Virus record (IMG/VR): IMGVR_UViG_3300024323_000009
Span: 1 to 53,162 of that record
DNA: 53,162 bases
From: a virus
Lineage: Duplodnaviria; Caudoviricetes
Strand: one strand, 5' to 3'
In this document: positions 45,193 to 53,162 of the stretch, in pieces
Layout: the number at the start of each line of letters is the position of its first letter
Position numbering within the stretch: position 1 is the stretch's first letter
The notes under the pieces: generated by a model
Told to the model about the DNA's origin: nothing
What the model saw: only the letters and a program-made list of their open reading frames with translations
The model's database searches: none
Position numbers and translations under genes: made by a program

Positions 45193-45774
45193 TTACGTAG
45201 TCGCAGTAGTCGCCTGTGCCGCAGCCGCAGCAGCTTCTCCCTGCGCCATTTCTGTCATTACCTTCTGCATCTTGAGCAGCAAGGCAACACCCTCTTGTAT
45301 CTTCGCCGGGTCTTTTGACTCCATCAGCTCGCGAGCTTGCTTGAACATCTGATTGGGCGAGAGTTCGCGCACGTCTGGACGCCAGCTAGCAGCTTCGTCC
45401 TGAGTGTAGAGGATGCCGTCTTTGAACTTCGCTAGTAACGTCTGTTGCAGTTGGATACCAGCAGCGACATTCTTAGTATCGAACTTTTCGGGGACGTTAT
45501 CATTCTTCACCTTCGTCCTGATACGAGCAGCGCCGACACTGGCCATCACTCCCATAATCGCTTCTTTGCCGAGCCGAGTTACCATAGTGTCGAAGTCGGA
45601 ATACACAGGAGAGTAGAACTTGAAGTTCTTGAGTGGGCCTTCGGAGATTTCGTTAAGCTCGAAGGTGATGGGAGCACCATTGGTAGCAGCGGGTGCTGCG
45701 GTAGTTGTAGTAGCAGCAGTGCCTCCACTATCTGCAACTGTGGGGTCAAGGAGGATGTTTCGATTATTATTCAT
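45193..45774 (-). CDS. Hypothetical protein with its own sigma54 promoter and a scaffold-like N-terminal motif
   Basis: 193 aa, N-terminus ILLDPTVADSGGTAATTTTAAP. Confidence 0.8.
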   Translation of the reverse strand: MNNNRNILLDPTVADSGGTAATTTTAAPAATNGAPITFELNEISEGPLKNFKFYSPVYSDFDTMVTRLGKEAIMGVMASVGAARIRTKVKNDNVPEKFDTKNVAAGIQLQQTLLAKFKDGILYTQDEAASWRPDVRELSPNQMFKQARELMESKDPAKIQEGVALLLKMQKVMTEMAQGEAAAAAAQATTATT

Positions 45775-45847
45775 ATTGCCTTTTTACTAACTGTTCTATT
45801 GTTTGGTTTAGAGGAGTAACTATTACTCCCGAATCGAGTTGAGGTTA

Positions 45848-45863
45848 AGCAGGAATCGTGCCA
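45848..45863 (-). promoter_or_regulatory. sigma54 promoter E
   Basis: Minus strand TGGCACGATTCCTGCT, intergenic, 73 nt upstream of the ATG at 45774. Confidence 0.88.
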
Positions 45864-45900
45864 ACCCCGGAGAGATAGGACGAGGATTGAGATGTAGCTA

Positions 45901-46269
45901 TTACTTTCGCTTCTTGGTTGTGGTTCCTTTCTGCTGTTTCTTATAGATAAAAGTACTCCACGCCTTCCACATCACCGCTGCTCGTTCGCCAGTATAGGTG
46001 ATGGAGTGATTCGCGGAGAGTTGGAAGATGACACACTCTTTCCAGACATCAACTAGTCGTAGTCTTATACCACGTTCTAGTTCTGTCTCGCCGGGGTAGT
46101 CTGGATGAGGATAGGCTAGCTTGTTAGGGTAAATCAACTCCCTCCTAATAGTATTGAATCCACCCGGACCTTTTAACTTGCTCTGCTGCCCATACTGGTT
46201 CACCCAATAGTGGGTGCCGTGTTGGACATGACTAAAGTTTAGTAGACTGGTGTTGTTTGGTATTTTCAT
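45901..46269 (-). CDS. Basic hypothetical protein
   Basis: 122-aa ORF. Confidence 0.6.
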   Translation of the reverse strand: MKIPNNTSLLNFSHVQHGTHYWVNQYGQQSKLKGPGGFNTIRRELIYPNKLAYPHPDYPGETELERGIRLRLVDVWKECVIFQLSANHSITYTGERAAVMWKAWSTFIYKKQQKGTTTKKRK

Positions 46270-46507
46270 TTTCTTTTCTGTAGTTTAGAATTTGGTTAAG
46301 CTCATCAATGAACATGCGACCTTTATCACACTTGGCACACAAGAAGTAATGCCGAACTTTGTTGGTAGGATTTATTCCTACAGATTCTATGGCGCTTCTT
46401 TCAACTTCGTATCCATTTAGTTCGCGTTTAGCATCTACCAAATCTTGTTCCACTTCACTAGTCGGTATGTGATTAACTTTGTTTATCTGTTCTACTGTTA
46501 GTGTCAT
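46232..46507 (-). CDS. Hypothetical protein
   Basis: 91-aa ORF with a 4-nt overlap onto the activator stop. Confidence 0.55.
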   Translation of the reverse strand: MTLTVEQINKVNHIPTSEVEQDLVDAKRELNGYEVERSAIESVGINPTNKVRHYFLCAKCDKGRMFIDELNQILNYRKENENTKQHQSTKL

Positions 46508-47376
46508 TGTATATCCTCCACCGTTATCGCCTCTACCCCTAACACTTCGATGCGGAGCGCAAGGTTAAGGAGTTGCCGCACATTACCCGGCAACACTTTT
46601 TCTGGCGGGACAGTCTTAACTAGCTCTAGTATTCTAGTATAAGCAACACTATTAACTAGTAGTTTGCAGTCATCCATTTTCTCGCGGAGAGGCTTCACTT
46701 TCAATTCAAATACTGATAGCCTCTGATACAAGTCTAGTCTAAAAGTAGGAGGGTCTAACTTAGACATGGCTTTCAAGTCTTTATGTGTTGCAGCCACAAT
46801 GCGACACAATAATTGTTCATCCGTATTACCACCAACCTTGCGAAAGGTTCTATTGTTAATTGTGCGTAATAGCTTTACTTGCAAATCGGCAGGCATATCA
46901 CCTACCTCGTCTAGAAAAAGTGTGCCTCCTTCGGCTTGTTTGATAAGGCCATTACGTTCTCTCTCTGCTCCTGTGAAAGCACCTCTAGTATGGCCGAATA
47001 GTTCACTCTCGAATAATAGTGGACTGACAGCACACACATTGACGCCGACTAGTTGACCTCTACGTTCTCCATGTAGTATGTTAGCGAGCAGTTCTTTACC
47101 TACTCCACTGTCGCCTAAGATAAGAACAGGCTCTTCTCTAGGGGCTAGTTTAATAGTTTGCTCCTTCACTTTGATAGTGTCAGCGTCGTTAGTCTTGAAC
47201 GCTCTCGCTGCCTTCCACGCTGCTATTCGCCAAGGGTTGATGATGCCGGAGGCTACTGCGCCGGACATGAGAGCTACACTAGGTGACTTCTCCTTCTCTA
47301 GTAGTGTGGCCCATATCTCGGCTTGTTGCTCAATAGTGAGTTCGCTAGTGGAGGGTGCTATTTTTTGTTCACTCAT
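46504..47376 (-). CDS. sigma54-dependent transcriptional activator (bEBP AAA+ core, no HTH, no REC)
   Basis: GDSGVGKE, ESELFGHTRGAFTGA, LFLDEVGD, QVKLLR, RIVAATH, FRLDLYQRL and PGNVRQL. The protein ends about 20 aa after the last motif. Confidence 0.95.
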   Translation of the reverse strand: MSEQKIAPSTSELTIEQQAEIWATLLEKEKSPSVALMSGAVASGIINPWRIAAWKAARAFKTNDADTIKVKEQTIKLAPREEPVLILGDSGVGKELLANILHGERRGQLVGVNVCAVSPLLFESELFGHTRGAFTGAERERNGLIKQAEGGTLFLDEVGDMPADLQVKLLRTINNRTFRKVGGNTDEQLLCRIVAATHKDLKAMSKLDPPTFRLDLYQRLSVFELKVKPLREKMDDCKLLVNSVAYTRILELVKTVPPEKVLPGNVRQLLNLALRIEVLGVEAITVEDIQ

Positions 47377-47377
47377 A

Positions 47378-47578
47378 TTAGTATCTCGCTTGCATCTTAA
47401 CGTGTTCCATTGCTGTTGCTTCTATCATGTCGAGGCCGGACTTGACGGTGCGGCAGTAGGTCATCCAGTATTCCGGCTCCTTCTCCATAGGATGCAACAC
47501 TAACAGTTCGTTAATAATTGCATCTACTCTTGTTGCATCTCTGTATGCTTCTGCTCTTTTTGTCAGTATTGATTTCAT
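47378..47578 (-). CDS. Small hypothetical protein
   Basis: 66-aa ORF directly upstream of the activator. Confidence 0.55.
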   Translation of the reverse strand: MKSILTKRAEAYRDATRVDAIINELLVLHPMEKEPEYWMTYCRTVKSGLDMIEATAMEHVKMQARY

Positions 47579-47609
47579 TCTATGTTGTTCTTTCTCTTGT
47601 TACTACTAA

Positions 47610-48518
47610 CTAAGCCTGTATCACATCCGTCGTCGCCCACTCCCGTAGGAGTCGCCGGAACTCGGCTAGCATCCTAGTGGGGTCATCTTGGTTCAATGAC
47701 GAAATCCAGATGGGGTTGAGGTTGGAGTCGAAAGGTAGGGTTACGGTGGAATGGGATAGCATGATAGGTATGCCATAACAACCATAGTTTTCAAATCCTA
47801 GTTGTTTACGCTCTTCTGTAGGATACATTTCTTCTATAACAAGACCTAGTCTTCGACACATATAAGAAGAGCATAATGCTATGGCTAACTTGTTAGTGTC
47901 GAATAACTCTCCAAACTCCTTCACCTTAATATATGTAACACACCTCATACCACTACCTTCACATGGTGATACTGTATAGACTTCTGTTGAATATCCACAT
48001 TGTTCCATATGCTCTATCATCAGATAGGTATAAGCTCCGCGATAGAAGAATGCGTTTTCGTCCATGTCTGAGTTATTACGAATGTTACAATAGATACTCT
48101 GCACCTTATTGCCTCGCTTCGTATCTCCACCATCTATCGGCACTTGTTCCGCGATAAACGTCTCCGGCGTCGCACCACTTAGATGCGCGGCAACGTCTAT
48201 CACTCCACCCGCTATCTGATGACGTAGCTCCGGCTTATACTCTGTAACTGGCATCACACAGTCGAATAGGTCTGGGGGTAGTGTGCGTTGTAGCTCGCGT
48301 ATCTTAGCGATACCTACTGGCCAGCCGTCGTGACAATAACGCAGAGCTTGTTGTAGAGAAGCGCCGGCCCAATCGTCATACTCGGAGTATAGTGACAAGT
48401 AGCTACGTGGCTCCGTTCGCTCTCCGTGTTCCACTTGATCTACGAACTCCGACCATGAGTGGAATATATGGGTATATTGTGAGGGAGTGGAGTAGTGTTG
48501 GCCTTTCATATCGGACAC
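47610..48518 (-). CDS. VWA/CobT-like partner of the AAA+ ATPase
   Basis: GGVIDVAAHLSGATPE motif and an alpha/beta C-terminal half. Overlaps the AAA+ gene stop. Confidence 0.55.
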   Translation of the reverse strand: MSDMKGQHYSTPSQYTHIFHSWSEFVDQVEHGERTEPRSYLSLYSEYDDWAGASLQQALRYCHDGWPVGIAKIRELQRTLPPDLFDCVMPVTEYKPELRHQIAGGVIDVAAHLSGATPETFIAEQVPIDGGDTKRGNKVQSIYCNIRNNSDMDENAFFYRGAYTYLMIEHMEQCGYSTEVYTVSPCEGSGMRCVTYIKVKEFGELFDTNKLAIALCSSYMCRRLGLVIEEMYPTEERKQLGFENYGCYGIPIMLSHSTVTLPFDSNLNPIWISSLNQDDPTRMLAEFRRLLREWATTDVIQA

Positions 48519-50344
48519 TCTCCTATCTCTTTTAACTTACTGCCTTCGCTTATTACTAGTCCAGTATCTTCGCTGTCGTGACTCGGCTCCTGATTCCCCA
48601 CATCCTTATGCTTCTTCCACACATGCGGCGCTTTCACCCTATCCACTTCTTCCTTCTTCAACCCCTTATACACGCTCTTCTGTAAGCATTTGTTCACACT
48701 CCACTTCTGGTTGCAGATGAGCATCTTAGCGACGTTGATGATGTTGCGGGTGGAGATAATGATACGTATGTTCTGCTTCTCGGCGTTGACTCGCATAGCA
48801 GAGAACATATCTAGTAGTGTTCGCATGTGTTCTAGCTTCCAACCACCCGCATCTTTGTAGCTCATATACAACCGTTGTAAGAGTGCCCACTCGAACGCTT
48901 CGTCATAGTTCCACTCTTGGAACTGGAACTCGTTGAGTAACGCTGCGTCTTGAGCACACCTACCTACATATTCGCGTGTAGCTCCGGTGCCCCACGTATT
49001 CATAGTAGCGATCACTACTACTTGCGGATTCACTTCCTGCATACCATAGGGCATCATTATCCTTCCGGTGTTTAGCGCCTTGAGTATCATAATGACGTTC
49101 TCGTTAGCATTGTCCATCTCGTCTACTATTATCATAGCGGGAGTGGAGAAGTGAGTAGTGGGTATCTTACCGCCATTACTGTTGTCGTAAACCTGACCTA
49201 GTATCGCATCTGTCCATGCTCCTTTACGATAGTGGCCACCAGCATCCATGAACCCAATGAGATCATGGGGTGCTATGATACGAGTCATTTGCTTGATACA
49301 CACGAGTTGTCGTGGTATCTTGAGTGCGTCGGCACACTGGAAAGCGCCGAGCGTCTTTCCGCCTCCTGATGGTCCCACTGCTGCACACCAACAACCACTT
49401 TGGACTATACCGATAACTTCGGGAACACTAGCATGAACAGCATCGGGTAGTTCAGTGATAGTTGGTGGAGTGGAGCGCCGGTCTTCGATGATTAGCCGAG
49501 AGGCTTGTAGTGTGTCTAGCTTAGCTTTGAGTGTGTCCTCTATCTCCTTCTTAACACTCTCTAGGCTATCACTTAGTTCCGCACGCAACTCTCCGGCGGA
49601 GGGTATCTTCTCCTTCACTTGCGCTAGGACTCTATCTACTAAATCCTTACACATTAGTTCGTATGGGTCGTTCATATTTCTAGTTTGTGGTTCATCTTTG
49701 TGTTGTTCTTTCGGCTTTGTATCCTTTCCGGTTTGTCTCCTAAGCCATCGTTCGGCTTCTTCTAGATAGTTCTCTCGTATTTGGAGTGGTTCTGGGTTAG
49801 CAGTTTCATACTCCAAACTAGCATGTAGAACTTCCTTTCTGCCGTTTGCTTTGAAGCAGATAGTATCATTTGAATATTGACAGCCACCATTCCAACCATA
49901 GAAAACAGCTAAGTCTTGGAGTTTGAAGAATGTATCCTTATCCACTCCAAGAAAGGCCACTCCAGTAGTATTGTATTTGTCTTCAATCTTATCCTCGTCT
50001 ATCCATAATCCTCCAACAGAAGGCATATCTTTAGTCTTCTCTTTAGTAGTTGGTTGTGGTTGTTCTCCTTTTCCATCCGTTATCCACTTGATAAACTCGG
50101 CGCAGTGATTGCTATAGACTGTAGTACGATTAACGTCATAAGTTGTATCATCAGCACTATGATTTATTACTAAACTACTACTATAAACTATAATGCTTTT
50201 GTGTGGTGACTCGTAAAGTTTTTGTCCATAATACCAGCAATAGCCGTATCTAAACGCTAATAGCTGCAACTCCCTACTAGTCTCCACTGTCAATCCGCGA
50301 GCTACGAAGTCGGTGGAGGGCATAACTACTCCTTTACTCGCCAA
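48506..50344 (-). CDS. MoxR/CobS-like AAA+ ATPase with a long N-terminal extension
   Basis: VGPSGGGKT, IIVDEMDN and ATMNTWGTG...YVGR..QDAALL motifs. Confidence 0.8.
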   Translation of the reverse strand: MASKGVVMPSTDFVARGLTVETSRELQLLAFRYGYCWYYGQKLYESPHKSIIVYSSSLVINHSADDTTYDVNRTTVYSNHCAEFIKWITDGKGEQPQPTTKEKTKDMPSVGGLWIDEDKIEDKYNTTGVAFLGVDKDTFFKLQDLAVFYGWNGGCQYSNDTICFKANGRKEVLHASLEYETANPEPLQIRENYLEEAERWLRRQTGKDTKPKEQHKDEPQTRNMNDPYELMCKDLVDRVLAQVKEKIPSAGELRAELSDSLESVKKEIEDTLKAKLDTLQASRLIIEDRRSTPPTITELPDAVHASVPEVIGIVQSGCWCAAVGPSGGGKTLGAFQCADALKIPRQLVCIKQMTRIIAPHDLIGFMDAGGHYRKGAWTDAILGQVYDNSNGGKIPTTHFSTPAMIIVDEMDNANENVIMILKALNTGRIMMPYGMQEVNPQVVVIATMNTWGTGATREYVGRCAQDAALLNEFQFQEWNYDEAFEWALLQRLYMSYKDAGGWKLEHMRTLLDMFSAMRVNAEKQNIRIIISTRNIINVAKMLICNQKWSVNKCLQKSVYKGLKKEEVDRVKAPHVWKKHKDVGNQEPSHDSEDTGLVISEGSKLKEIGECPI

Positions 50345-50511
50345 GGTTCTAGTGCTGCTTCAATGCGATCAGCTAACGATAAGCTGACATTGTATAGTTT
50401 AGCTCGTTCGATTGTAATAGCTGGTAGAGCATCCCTTGCTTCTAGCAATAGTTTAGCTTGCTCTATCACTATCTTCTCTAACTCTTCATGTGTTAAGTCT
50501 GCTATTTTCAT
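50326..50511 (-). CDS. Small hypothetical protein
   Basis: 61-aa ORF. Confidence 0.55.
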   Translation of the reverse strand: MKIADLTHEELEKIVIEQAKLLLEARDALPAITIERAKLYNVSLSLADRIEAALEPWRVKE

Positions 50512-50523
50512 ATCGGTGTTGTT

Positions 50524-52146
50524 CTATTCTTGGTTTTCTAGTCCCTCTCCGGTGATTCCTTCCTCCGAATCATCTATTCCATTATCAGTATCACCCTTAT
50601 GTGCGTCTGTCTCCACAATCTCCGCTATCTTATCACTCTCTTCGCGGTCTATGTCATCGCCAGCGGAACGCTCGAACAGAGTGGAGAACTGTTCCTTCGC
50701 GGTAACTGACTTCGAGATACACTTCACTTTACGCTCTAACACTGGCATCACCTTTTGTGTCTCGATAGTGTCTGCGAACAAGAGCATATCTTGAGTAGTC
50801 GGGGACAAGCTAGTAAGGCGGTGCCCACGTCCTAGGAACTGTACTAGGTCTATCGCGCTCCAAGGTAGCGGTATTACTACATGCCTAGGCTTGGTGCTAG
50901 CACGGTCGTGGTGTAGTGAGATGCCTACTCCGCCGGAAGTAGTAGTGACGACGATGTAGTCACTCTTACCTTGCTGGAAATTATCCACAGCTAGCTGGCG
51001 TGCCTTCTCTGTCTGTCCGCCTACGATAAACGAGATACGTTCCTTCGGCACTCCTAATACCTTAACTAGGTGTGTCCATATTCCGCGAGCAGTATCTATG
51101 AAGTTGACGCCGAAGATTACTTGCTTACCACTCTGCGTTACTGCTTCGTAACCTCGCTCTGCTAACTGGGCGTAACGTAGGAATTCCGCTTTTTGCCGGA
51201 ACTTTTGCATCGCCACGAGTATCGCCATGCTGCCATGCTCCGTGTTCTTGTTAGCTTTACGTAGCTCTTCGAGATACTCTAGGTAAGCGTTCTCGTATTG
51301 TGTGCGCTGTTCACTAGTCTTGAACTGAATGACTTTGCACTTCGTTGACGACGGGTATTTGAAACGAACGCCCTTCAACTCTACTATCCACGGCTCTAAC
51401 GATTCGCGCAACCGCTCGACACTACTAGGACTGTATTCGTCTGGATGCTTAGGAGACGCGATAGAGTGGGTGATAGCTTCCACGTTCTTATAGTTAGCGG
51501 GGAAGTAATAGTATGGCTTGGGAGTTGCGGCTGTTCGTATTAGCGAGCATCGTGCATCACTAACTCGCTGCCACGGTGTTGCGGAAGCGCCGAGCCACTT
51601 CACGGAGCTAGGACAAGCACACATTACGCTAGTAATCATTGCTCCACGATTCTTCAACTTCTGTATCTCGTCACACTTCACGATAGCTGGCAGGAAAGAG
51701 TGTTTCCATACTGGTTTAATCACTGGTTGACCGTTCTCGATAGTAGTAACATATTCGAGGAACAAGTCGGTGCCTAGCTTAGCTTTTAGTTCGCCGTAGG
51801 ACATTACTAGACATAGGTGGAAGATACCACACTCCTTTAGGACGCGGTTAGTTTGTATCTTCACTGACTTAGGACAGAGCCATAGGACGGGGAAGGGAGT
51901 GATACTGCCAGCGGGCAATACTAGCTTACCCTCATCCACCATACGGCGAATAGCTAGTGCGGCGATATACATTTTGCCGAGACCCGTGCTACCACGTAAT
52001 ACGACACCTTGATAGTTCGTGTTACCATACAACTTATCCACTATCTCCTCTACTGCCCGTTGTTGCCAGTCTATTAGCTGGACACTAGGGAGGATAGGTA
52101 TGGTGGGAGCGATGGGGATAGTAGGTAGTGTGAGGGTGTCGAGCAT
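50524..52146 (-). CDS. Superfamily 2 helicase with strawberry-notch-like C-terminal motifs
   Basis: STGLGKMY, DEIQK, SATP, SGGVGISLH and PWSAIDLVQFLGRGHR motifs. Confidence 0.8.
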   Translation of the reverse strand: MLDTLTLPTIPIAPTIPILPSVQLIDWQQRAVEEIVDKLYGNTNYQGVVLRGSTGLGKMYIAALAIRRMVDEGKLVLPAGSITPFPVLWLCPKSVKIQTNRVLKECGIFHLCLVMSYGELKAKLGTDLFLEYVTTIENGQPVIKPVWKHSFLPAIVKCDEIQKLKNRGAMITSVMCACPSSVKWLGASATPWQRVSDARCSLIRTAATPKPYYYFPANYKNVEAITHSIASPKHPDEYSPSSVERLRESLEPWIVELKGVRFKYPSSTKCKVIQFKTSEQRTQYENAYLEYLEELRKANKNTEHGSMAILVAMQKFRQKAEFLRYAQLAERGYEAVTQSGKQVIFGVNFIDTARGIWTHLVKVLGVPKERISFIVGGQTEKARQLAVDNFQQGKSDYIVVTTTSGGVGISLHHDRASTKPRHVVIPLPWSAIDLVQFLGRGHRLTSLSPTTQDMLLFADTIETQKVMPVLERKVKCISKSVTAKEQFSTLFERSAGDDIDREESDKIAEIVETDAHKGDTDNGIDDSEEGITGEGLENQE

Positions 52147-52147
52147 A

Positions 52148-52324
52148 CTACTCCTTCGCCGGAAACTTCACTGTTCTAGGGTCAACTCGGAAGTATATTC
52201 CCTCTTTAGTTTCCTTACCACAATCGCAGCATTGTTCAGTATTAGGTTCTATTAGTTTGATAGGAGTTTGTCCGCCGGAGCGTTTGTTGTAGCATTCTTC
52301 ACATATAGGCTGTGTCCACTTCAT
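52148..52324 (-). CDS. 58-aa zinc-finger protein, not in the ORF track
   Basis: MKWTQPICEEC...CCDCGK...PAKE, translated by hand. Confidence 0.6.
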   Translation of the reverse strand: MKWTQPICEECYNKRSGGQTPIKLIEPNTEQCCDCGKETKEGIYFRVDPRTVKFPAKE

Positions 52325-52367
52325 ATTAGTCCTTTCCTTTGCAGGTATTTTCTTTGTTGAAAGCGTA

Positions 52368-52787
52368 CTAACCTACTTTCTGTTGCTGTTGCATCTGCCA
52401 CATCGCCTCAATCGTAGCTTGTGGCAATCCTTTAACCATCTGTGTTGCTAGTAGGGGATTGATACCCTGATTGCAGAAACCAGCTACTACTGCATCCGCT
52501 TTACTCTGCCAAGCAGCTTGTAGCTCCGCAATACGCTCGTTAATAGCGCGGCGTTTGTTTTGGGAGCTATCCCAGTCGCGCTTGTGCCATAGCCTATATA
52601 GGCCAGCGTTTAATTGTGGCAATAGTGAGCCATCACTAGAGACAGCTTCCGAGCTATTCTCTATCTCGCACACTTGCCGATAGTCGGGATGCTCCCGCAC
52701 TATCCGTTCGCGGTCTAGCTCGTTTATAGTGGCCCAGTCACGGTGACGGACTACTAGGTCGAGATACTCAGTTAGTGTTAGTGTCAT
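52368..52787 (-). CDS. Hypothetical early protein
   Basis: 139-aa ORF. Confidence 0.65.
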   Translation of the reverse strand: MTLTLTEYLDLVVRHRDWATINELDRERIVREHPDYRQVCEIENSSEAVSSDGSLLPQLNAGLYRLWHKRDWDSSQNKRRAINERIAELQAAWQSKADAVVAGFCNQGINPLLATQMVKGLPQATIEAMWQMQQQQKVG

Positions 52788-52826
52788 ATCTAGCCTTTCT
52801 TTGGAGTAAGTAGATACTACTGTGGG

Positions 52827-53108
52827 TTATTCGTTACTGTCGTCACCGTTTGCCGGAGTTACGTCCACACCATTTACTAGTATAGACAATCCGGGATAGG
52901 TAGTGCCATCAGCGCGAGTCTTATTAACTTGCGTGAATCTGGCATGAGGCTGAAAGATAGAATTGAAGCAGTTATTGAACGCCGCATTGTTGCGACAACG
53001 CAATCGAACATGCTTGCACAACTTCACTAGTGTCCAAAGCTGTTGGGCGCTAAGAGTAGCGCCGAAGTCTCGTTCTATGTTTGCTTTAAGTGTGCTAGGT
53101 GTTGTCAT
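52827..53108 (-). CDS. Hypothetical early protein, first gene of the - arm
   Basis: 93-aa ORF. Confidence 0.65.
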   Translation of the reverse strand: MTTPSTLKANIERDFGATLSAQQLWTLVKLCKHVRLRCRNNAAFNNCFNSIFQPHARFTQVNKTRADGTTYPGLSILVNGVDVTPANGDDSNE

Positions 53109-53162
53109 ATATTACCTTGCTAATACTGTTAGTTAGTGTTGCTATTCGTTTTGACCGTCCCG

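Larger units (their letters stand above)
1..53162. mobile_element. Near-complete tailed dsDNA bacteriophage genome (podovirus-like, probably lytic)
   Basis: Terminase-portal-scaffold-capsid-tail-ejection gene order on +. Helicase, recombination and DNA polymerase genes on -. Arms converge at ~31.83 kb. No host housekeeping genes, integrase or tape measure recognised. Confidence 0.93.

Noticed and set aside
47610-50344. Cobalamin biosynthesis (cobS/cobT) auxiliary metabolic genes
   Set aside because: Only the generic MoxR-type AAA+ and VWA-like architecture is visible. There is no cobN or other cobalamin gene.
1-53162. Stop-codon reassignment suggested by the many TAG triplets
   Set aside because: Long genes are intact in the standard code and many end at TAG, with the next gene starting immediately after.

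Overview
This window looks like a near-complete ~53 kb genome of a tailed, podovirus-like dsDNA phage with two arms. The + strand arm (~2.0-31.8 kb) carries TerS/TerL, portal, scaffold, major capsid, several signal-peptide proteins, tail proteins, ejection proteins and a 2315-aa multidomain internal protein (two HExxH motifs, a GHKL ATPase and a GNAT). The - strand arm (~53.1-31.8 kb) carries an SF2 helicase, a MoxR/CobS-like AAA+ with a VWA-like partner, a sigma54 activator, a PD-(D/E)xK nuclease, a Sak4-like ATPase, an SSB, a UDG-fused family A DNA polymerase, a UDG-fold protein and a P-loop NTPase. I recognise no RNA polymerase, sigma factor, integrase, endolysin, tRNA or CRISPR array. The main finding is a candidate transcription switch. 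The phage encodes a minimal sigma54 enhancer-binding protein (intact GAFTGA AAA+ core, no HTH, no receiver domain), and five near-consensus -24/-12 sigma54 promoters sit between genes, each facing an operon. Two sigma70-type promoters could start the cascade. Other notable items are a capsid N-terminus paralogue behind a Tat-like leader, twin hairpins in the capsid leader, a repeated linker dividing the giant protein into cassettes, and apparent CCWGG avoidance. The host may be Verrucomicrobiota (weak inference). All family calls come from reading motifs by eye; no database searches were run.
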